Source: an uncultured Chloroflexia bacterium | GTDB lineage: Bacteria > Chloroflexota > Chloroflexia > QHBQ01 > JADMIH01 | NCBI GenBank assembly: GCA_963797095.1 | Contig: CAWCNY010000002.1 | Span: 1,280,001 to 1,344,000 of the forward strand | Direction of reading: 5' to 3' | Length of the DNA: 64,000 bases | Part shown: positions 58,294 through 64,000 of the stretch, in pieces | Layout of the letters: each line of letters begins with the position of its first letter | Numbering within the stretch: position 1 is the first letter of the stretch | Notes under the pieces: model-generated | Database searches by the model: none | The model's input: the letters and a program-made list of their open reading frames with translations, nothing else | What the model was told of the DNA's origin: nothing | Made by a program: the position numbers and the translations under genes

Positions 58294-60360
58294 ATGCTAA
58301 TTCTGCCTCGCGAAACTTGCATAGACCTCAACCAGTCCATGAACAAGGAGTGGCTGGTCACCAACGGCATCGGCGGCTATGCCTCCGGCACGGTGTCGGG
58401 CGTCAATACACGCCGGTATCATGGCCTGCTGGTGGCCGCTCTCAGGCCGCCCGTAGAGCGCACCGTCCTCCTGAACAATATAGACGAGGATATTTACATA
58501 GATGACCGGGTTTACTATCTGGGCGTGAACGAGTACCCCAATGGCAAGATACACCCCGGCGGTTTCGTGCATATTGAAGAGTTTCGGGTCGAGGATGGCG
58601 TGCCTACCACCACTTTCCATTTGGGAGACGAACTTCTCTACAAAACGGTCTGGATGGAGTACGGCCACAACACCTCTTACATTCGCTATAGCTATGCCCA
58701 TGGCGCGTCCGACCTGCACCTGGTTCTCCATACCATGTGCAACTACCGGGACTACCACAGCACCACCCCTGGCGAATTCGACTGGAATTTTGAAGTCGAG
58801 CCGCTGGATGGAGGCTGCCGGATAGTGGCTCGCGAGGGTGCGCACCCTTTCTGGCTCACTACTGAACCAAAGGCTGAATTCACCGCCACGGGCGTGTGGT
58901 ACTGGAACTTCGTGTACCGCCGCGACGTGGAGCGCGGCTACGACGACCACGACGACCTCTATTTGCCGGGAGTAATTCGCATCACCCTCAAGCCAGGTGA
59001 GAGCTTGACCTTGGTGGCATCCACCGAGCCGCCTGAGGCTACCACGTCCCTGCTGGATGGCTCGCTTGCGCGCGAGCAAGCGCGGCAGCGCAAATTGCTG
59101 CGCACCGCCGGTATGCGTGGGGCCAACATCAACGCAGACCCCTCAGACCCCTCAGCGCCAATCGAGGCGTTCGCGGGCCAACTGGTGCAGGCAGCCGATG
59201 CCTTCATGGTTTCCCGGCAGGTCCGGCGCGACGGCACGACACAGCAGGTGCCGACCGTGATCGCCGGCTATCACTGGTTCACCGACTGGGGCCGCGATAC
59301 GATGATCTCGCTGCCCGGCCTTGCAATACCCACGGGACGGGTTCGCGAGGCCAATAAGACCCTGCGCACCTTCGCCCACTTCATCCGCGACGGCCTCTTG
59401 CCGAATAACTTCCCCGACGCAGGGGAGATGCCCCACTATAATACCGCCGACGCCACCCTCTGGATGTTCTCAGCGGTCGAACGCCTGGCGGATGCGACGG
59501 GCAGCCTCACCACAGCGCGCGGCCTTTTCCCCGTGCTTTCTGATGTGATTGCCTCGCATGTACGGGGTACGCGCTTCGGCATCGGCATGGATGCGGCGGA
59601 TGGCCTCTTGCATGCGGGCGAAGCGGGCGTACAACTCACATGGATGGACGCCAAAGTGGACGATTGGGTCGTGACCCCACGCCGGGGCAAGCCCGTCGAG
59701 ATCAATGCACTCTGGTACAACGCCCTCCGCGTGATGGAGAAGCTAAAGCTGGCGCTGGGCGGCACGGTGCGCAACGGCAGGCTTCCCGCACCCGATTTTG
59801 GAGGATTGGCCGACCATGCCCAGGAGTCCTTCCGGCAGCGATTCTGGCACAACGGAGGGGGTTACCTGTATGATGTGATCGACGGCCCCACCGGCGACGA
59901 TCCCTCGATTCGCCCCAATCAGGTATTCGCCATCTCTCTAGGGCGCGGCCTTCTGACGCTGGCCCAGGCGAGAAGCGTGCTGAACGTTGTGCGCGATCAC
60001 CTCCTCACACCATACGGCCTGCGCACTCTCTCGCCCTACGATCCAGCCTACATAGGGCGCTACCGTGGCAACCGACGGCAGCGCGACGGGGCCTACCACA
60101 TGGGGACCGTGTGGCCCTGGCTGCTCGGCCCTTACTTCGATGCCGTGGCCGCCGTCGAAGGCGTGCCGGTTGCCCGTGCGACGCTTTTATCGATCCTCCC
60201 AGCCCTGCAACGGCACCTGGCAGATGCCGGGCTTGGCACCATCAGCGAAATCTTTGATGCCAATATTCCCCACTTGCCCGCGGGCTGTATAGCCCAGGCC
60301 TGGAGCGTCGCGGAGATACTTCGAGTTGTCACTGCTTACGCTATGAATGATAAACCATGA
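58294..60360 (+). CDS. Amylo-alpha-1,6-glucosidase (glycogen debranching, archaeal-type GDE)
   Basis: EWLVTNGIGGYA, AGYHWFTDWGRDTMI, LTWMDAK, EINALWYNAL, QAWSVAE. Confidence 0.92.
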   Translation: MLILPRETCIDLNQSMNKEWLVTNGIGGYASGTVSGVNTRRYHGLLVAALRPPVERTVLLNNIDEDIYIDDRVYYLGVNEYPNGKIHPGGFVHIEEFRVEDGVPTTTFHLGDELLYKTVWMEYGHNTSYIRYSYAHGASDLHLVLHTMCNYRDYHSTTPGEFDWNFEVEPLDGGCRIVAREGAHPFWLTTEPKAEFTATGVWYWNFVYRRDVERGYDDHDDLYLPGVIRITLKPGESLTLVASTEPPEATTSLLDGSLAREQARQRKLLRTAGMRGANINADPSDPSAPIEAFAGQLVQAADAFMVSRQVRRDGTTQQVPTVIAGYHWFTDWGRDTMISLPGLAIPTGRVREANKTLRTFAHFIRDGLLPNNFPDAGEMPHYNTADATLWMFSAVERLADATGSLTTARGLFPVLSDVIASHVRGTRFGIGMDAADGLLHAGEAGVQLTWMDAKVDDWVVTPRRGKPVEINALWYNALRVMEKLKLALGGTVRNGRLPAPDFGGLADHAQESFRQRFWHNGGGYLYDVIDGPTGDDPSIRPNQVFAISLGRGLLTLAQARSVLNVVRDHLLTPYGLRTLSPYDPAYIGRYRGNRRQRDGAYHMGTVWPWLLGPYFDAVAAVEGVPVARATLLSILPALQRHLADAGLGTISEIFDANIPHLPAGCIAQAWSVAEILRVVTAYAMNDKP

Positions 60361-61232
60361 ACCAACCTGGCTGGACCCCACCCCCGACCCCCGAATCGGA
60401 TATCGGCAGGCTGAACTCGGCCCTGCGCGAAGCCCCGTCGTATATGCCGTCACCTGCACCCCCTTCCGCGGTACAGGACCACCCTGCCCGGTCGGCCACC
60501 GCCAACCGCTGGATGCGCATCCCCACCGAGCGACCCTTGCTGACCTACATCTTGCTGGGCATATTGGTTCTTATCTATATTCCGATGCTCATCTCGCCTC
60601 AGATCGACAGTCTGTTTCAAGAGTATGGAGCGCTGATTAAAGAACCGATCATAGAAGGCGAGTGGTGGCGGCTTATCACCGCGGCTTTTCTGCACGCTAA
60701 CCTCCTACATATCGGCCTCAATGGATACGCGCTCTACCTGATAGGGATGGAGGTGGAGGGGTTCTTTGGGAGGGTGCGCTTTGTCGCCATATATGCGATA
60801 TCGTTGCTGGCCGGCAGCGTTGCCAGTTTTATCTTCCTGCCCTACAATGCCCTGGGTGTGGGGGCATCGGGCGCGATCTTCGGCTTGATAGGCGCTCTTG
60901 GCGTTTACTTCGGACTCAATCGCACGCTGTTCGGCAGGCTTGGGCGCGCCCAGTTCTGGAACATCCTCCTCGTCATACTGCTTAACCTGGGCATTGGCTT
61001 TTCCGGTATCTTCCCGATTGACAACTCGGCCCACCTCGGTGGCTTGATCGCGGGATCGGTAGTGGGTTTCGTGCTGTGCCCGCGCTATCGCTTCGGCCCC
61101 TGGCGCAATCTATTCGTGCGCGATATTGAAGACAGCAACACCGGACCACTCCCCTGGATAGCCTCCGCTCTCATCACGATTATCATAGTGGTTATCTTCC
61201 TGCTCGCGTTCTTCTACTACAACAGGTATTAG
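60357..61232 (+). CDS. Rhomboid intramembrane serine protease
   Basis: WWR..TA.FLH, H...N, GASG, AHLGG. Confidence 0.92.
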   Translation: MNQPGWTPPPTPESDIGRLNSALREAPSYMPSPAPPSAVQDHPARSATANRWMRIPTERPLLTYILLGILVLIYIPMLISPQIDSLFQEYGALIKEPIIEGEWWRLITAAFLHANLLHIGLNGYALYLIGMEVEGFFGRVRFVAIYAISLLAGSVASFIFLPYNALGVGASGAIFGLIGALGVYFGLNRTLFGRLGRAQFWNILLVILLNLGIGFSGIFPIDNSAHLGGLIAGSVVGFVLCPRYRFGPWRNLFVRDIEDSNTGPLPWIASALITIIIVVIFLLAFFYYNRY

Positions 61233-61257
61233 AGTAAGAATAGCGAGTGATTGAGGC

Positions 61258-61854
61258 GTGAGTATGGAATATCTCTGGACCCCCTGGCGTATGCAATATA
61301 TAAGCGGGCCACACTCGCGCTCGGCCCACGTGGAATTGGGAGAGGATGCTCCGCCCTCGGCAGATGAGAGCGAGGAGGTGATCGCGGAAGACGGCCAGAT
61401 GGTGGAGCTTGAGAGTACGGGTTGCGTGTTCTGCGACCGCATCCGCTACCCGCAATCGCACGACAGGATCAGCCTGATACTCTTGCGTGCCGGGCATAAC
61501 TTTGTGATCCTCAACCTGTATCCGTACAACACAGGCCACGTGATGATCGTACCGTACAAACATACCTCCAACTTTGTGTCACTCCAACCCGATACTCTCA
61601 ATGAAATGATGTCGCTGTCGCAGCGCTTGATCGCAGCTATAGGTGAGGAATACCACCCGCATGGCTACAACACCGGGATGAACCTGGGAATGGTTGCGGG
61701 CGCGGGTGTGGCCGACCACCTGCATCTCCATATTGTGCCCCGGTGGGCGGGCGATACTAATTTCATGCCTGTAGTTGGGGCGACAAAGGTGCTTCCGGAA
61801 TTGCTGGAAGCTACCTATGATAGGCTGAGGGCGCGTTTGGTTCCTGATTCCTAG
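61258..61854 (+). CDS. HIT family hydrolase (Ap4A phosphorylase-like)
   Basis: LWTPWRM.YI, CVFC, NLYPYNTGH, HLHLHIVPRW.GD.NFM. Confidence 0.9.
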   Translation: MSMEYLWTPWRMQYISGPHSRSAHVELGEDAPPSADESEEVIAEDGQMVELESTGCVFCDRIRYPQSHDRISLILLRAGHNFVILNLYPYNTGHVMIVPYKHTSNFVSLQPDTLNEMMSLSQRLIAAIGEEYHPHGYNTGMNLGMVAGAGVADHLHLHIVPRWAGDTNFMPVVGATKVLPELLEATYDRLRARLVPDS

Positions 61855-61928
61855 TTCCTGGTTCCTGGTTCCTTGTTGTGCGTTTTGGATGGTGTTTGTG
61901 AAGCAGAGGCCTGGTCCTGCCATCATAT

Positions 61929-61977
61929 ACTAAATGGCATTTGTTGGGCAAAACTGGACAGGTTTTGGGGTGTACTT
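61929..61977. repeat. Dispersed intergenic repeat, copy 2
   Basis: Matches 15952-16000 with a 22-bp identical core. Confidence 0.7.
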
Positions 61978-62755
61978 AAGTCCATATTTTAAATTCTTTG
62001 ACCAGGCTATTGAAGTCGTCGGGCCTCTCCATTGGCAGCATATGTCCTGCATTTTGAAATAGAACCAGGCGTGAGCCTGAGATCCCTTGATGCAACTCCC
62101 TGCTCAGGTGGGGTGGGGTAATCCTGTCATGCCCACCTGCTGCTATCAGCGTTGGTAGCTTGATCTCGGCCAGGCGGTCTGTCACGTCGAAGGCTATGCA
62201 CGCTTCATAGTCGCCCAGCACCACTTTTTGTGGGGACCTTAGCATTTGCCTGTGCGTGCCGTTTCGCATTGCCTTTTGCCTGTATGTGAGAGGGCCTTCG
62301 TTGGCCTCGAAGCTTTCAGCTATGATAAGGTCAATTGCCGACTTGAAGTCAGTGTGTAGTAAGTGCATGAGGCGGGCCGGAACGGGATAGCGCGCCCCGG
62401 AACAGGTCAGCACCATACCGTGCAGCCAGGACGATTGCCGCAATGCCAATTCGAGGGCTACAGCCCCGCCCATCGAATGACCGATCAGCACTACATTATC
62501 CAGTTCCTTCTGCTCTACATATCCCGCCAGCCAATCGGCATATTTGACGATGGCCGATGGACGATGAGCAAAGGATCAACCGTCATCATATACAGATCCC
62601 GGATCATTTGCGCTTGGCCCCAGGCTTGTATGACCGGGTAAGTTGACATAATGCGCAGCAGGGAAAGCAGGTCGCTGTAAATGCCAGAAATCGGCGTTCG
62701 AGCCTGCGCCATGTATGAAGATCAGGGTATGTTCATTTTGATCTGTGTCGGTCAT
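61976..62755 (-). pseudogene. Alpha/beta hydrolase with in-frame TGA at codon 60 (62576-62578)
   Basis: ATG at 62755 reads LIFIHGAGS..W..Q..VNLPGH..DDG*SFAHRPSAIV..GHSMGG in one frame. Confidence 0.8.
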
Positions 62756-62895
62756 TTGCCACCTTGCGAAGCGCGATTCGTTCTAACGATTATAGAGATA
62801 TCGGTAAATGGTGCAAATCTACAGTGGGATCATGCGATTGCCCTGTCCTATCTATTTACCTTATAATACGTGTGATTAAAAGATGGAGGAACCTT

Positions 62896-63918
62896 TTGCG
62901 AGTTCTAGTTACGGGCATCACCGGCTTCGCGGGCAGTCATTTGATGGATTATTTACTGGCGGAGCAGCCTGATGTCCAGGTTTTTGGTATTTACCGGCGG
63001 AGGAGCCGCCTCGAGCATCTAGCTCATGCGCTCGATAAGTTGCACATGATCGAGCCTGGCGTTGCCAGCGTGGCAACCCTTGAAAGTTCGTTCAGGCAAG
63101 ATAAGGTGAATCTGGTTGAATGCGATCTGCTGGATGCGTTCAGCACGCACAAACTGATTGCGTCGGTCCGCCCCGACCGTATTTTCCATTTGGCGGCGCA
63201 GAGCCACGTGCCCGCTTCCTGGAACGCACCCGCCACGACCATCCAGGGCAATGTGATCGGGCAGGTCAATCTCTTTGAGGCTGTGCGCGAGGTTGGTATA
63301 GACCCTTTGATCCAGATAGCAGGTTCCTCGGAAGAATACGGGATGGTGTACCCTGACGAGGTGCCTATGCGAGAGAGCAATCCGTTGCGCCCATTATCTC
63401 CCTACGCGGTAAGTAAAGTGGCGCAGGAGATGCTTGCCTACCAATATTACCAGAGCTACCGGATCAAGAGCATCGTGTCGCGAGGTTTCAATCACAGCGG
63501 GCCGCGCCGGGGCGAGAACTTTGTGGACTCCTCGTTTGCGCGCCAGATCGCGCTGATCGAGAAGGGGATACAGGAGCCTGTGATCTACGTGGGCGACCTC
63601 AGTAGCAAGCGCGATTTTACGGACGTGCGCGACATGGTGCGCGCCTACTGGCTGCTGCTCGAAAAGGGCAAGCCGGGCGACGTGTACAACATCGGCTCGG
63701 GCAACACCCGCCCTATGCAGGATGTGCTCGATATGTTGCTGTCGATGTCGAAGGTGGACGTGGAGGTGCGAGTAGACCCGGCCCGCCTGCGCCCCTCGGA
63801 CGTGATGATCCTGTGGGCTGACGCCTCCAAGTTCATGGACGCCACGGGCTGGAAGCCCACGATCCCCTATGAACAGACGCTGCGCGACCTGCTCGACTAC
63901 TGGCGCGAGCGAGTGTAG
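62896..63918 (+). CDS. GDP-mannose 4,6-dehydratase / RMD-like NAD-dependent epimerase
   Basis: VLVTGITGFAGSHL, FHLAAQSHV, SSEEYG, YAVSK, RDFTDVRD; GGAGG RBS before TTG. Confidence 0.9.
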   Translation: MRVLVTGITGFAGSHLMDYLLAEQPDVQVFGIYRRRSRLEHLAHALDKLHMIEPGVASVATLESSFRQDKVNLVECDLLDAFSTHKLIASVRPDRIFHLAAQSHVPASWNAPATTIQGNVIGQVNLFEAVREVGIDPLIQIAGSSEEYGMVYPDEVPMRESNPLRPLSPYAVSKVAQEMLAYQYYQSYRIKSIVSRGFNHSGPRRGENFVDSSFARQIALIEKGIQEPVIYVGDLSSKRDFTDVRDMVRAYWLLLEKGKPGDVYNIGSGNTRPMQDVLDMLLSMSKVDVEVRVDPARLRPSDVMILWADASKFMDATGWKPTIPYEQTLRDLLDYWRERV

Positions 63919-64000
63919 ATGCCAAACAAGAACCTGCGCATTAGGCGCAGGTTCTTGCGTTTGCGGCCCAGCTATGGCGTGGGGGTGACCACGATGTGTG

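Overview
Bacterial chromosomal window, most likely Chloroflexota (Chloroflexi-type FPETG/QYFER surface repeats, CIRCE-controlled groESL, sortase-type anchors). The first 3.7 kb is a minus-strand tRNA array that runs off the left edge. It holds 21 ordinary-topology tRNAs, many with atypical identity bases, and at its distal end a cluster of unusual tRNA-like RNAs. Two tRNAs are interrupted in the anticodon stem by related 51-nt hairpins. One CCA-ended tRNA has its anticodon arm replaced by the same kind of hairpin. One larger RNA contains a circularly permuted tRNA domain (T arm, closed acceptor, D arm). The shared hairpin carries a UUGCC/GGC(C)G bulged-C helix resembling the Ro60/Rsr-binding site of Y RNAs. 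These look like tRNA-Y RNA chimeras and are the best candidate for a new system here. The rest is mostly housekeeping and accessory genes: recJ, ppdK, dgt-like, dnaG-rpoD, groES-groEL, nrtR-nadBCA, a sirtuin, a Dam-like methylase and a glycogen debranching enzyme. There are also four Thr/Pro-rich surface proteins, small nuclease genes flanked by their own repeats (GxxExxY, GIY-YIG), heptamer-repeat hairpins, a DnaA-box cluster before dnaG, a GGDEF-RHH gene with tandem palindromes, a 149-bp perfect inverted repeat shared by two convergent genes, and four disrupted genes. All calls were made by eye; no searches or folding programs were run.
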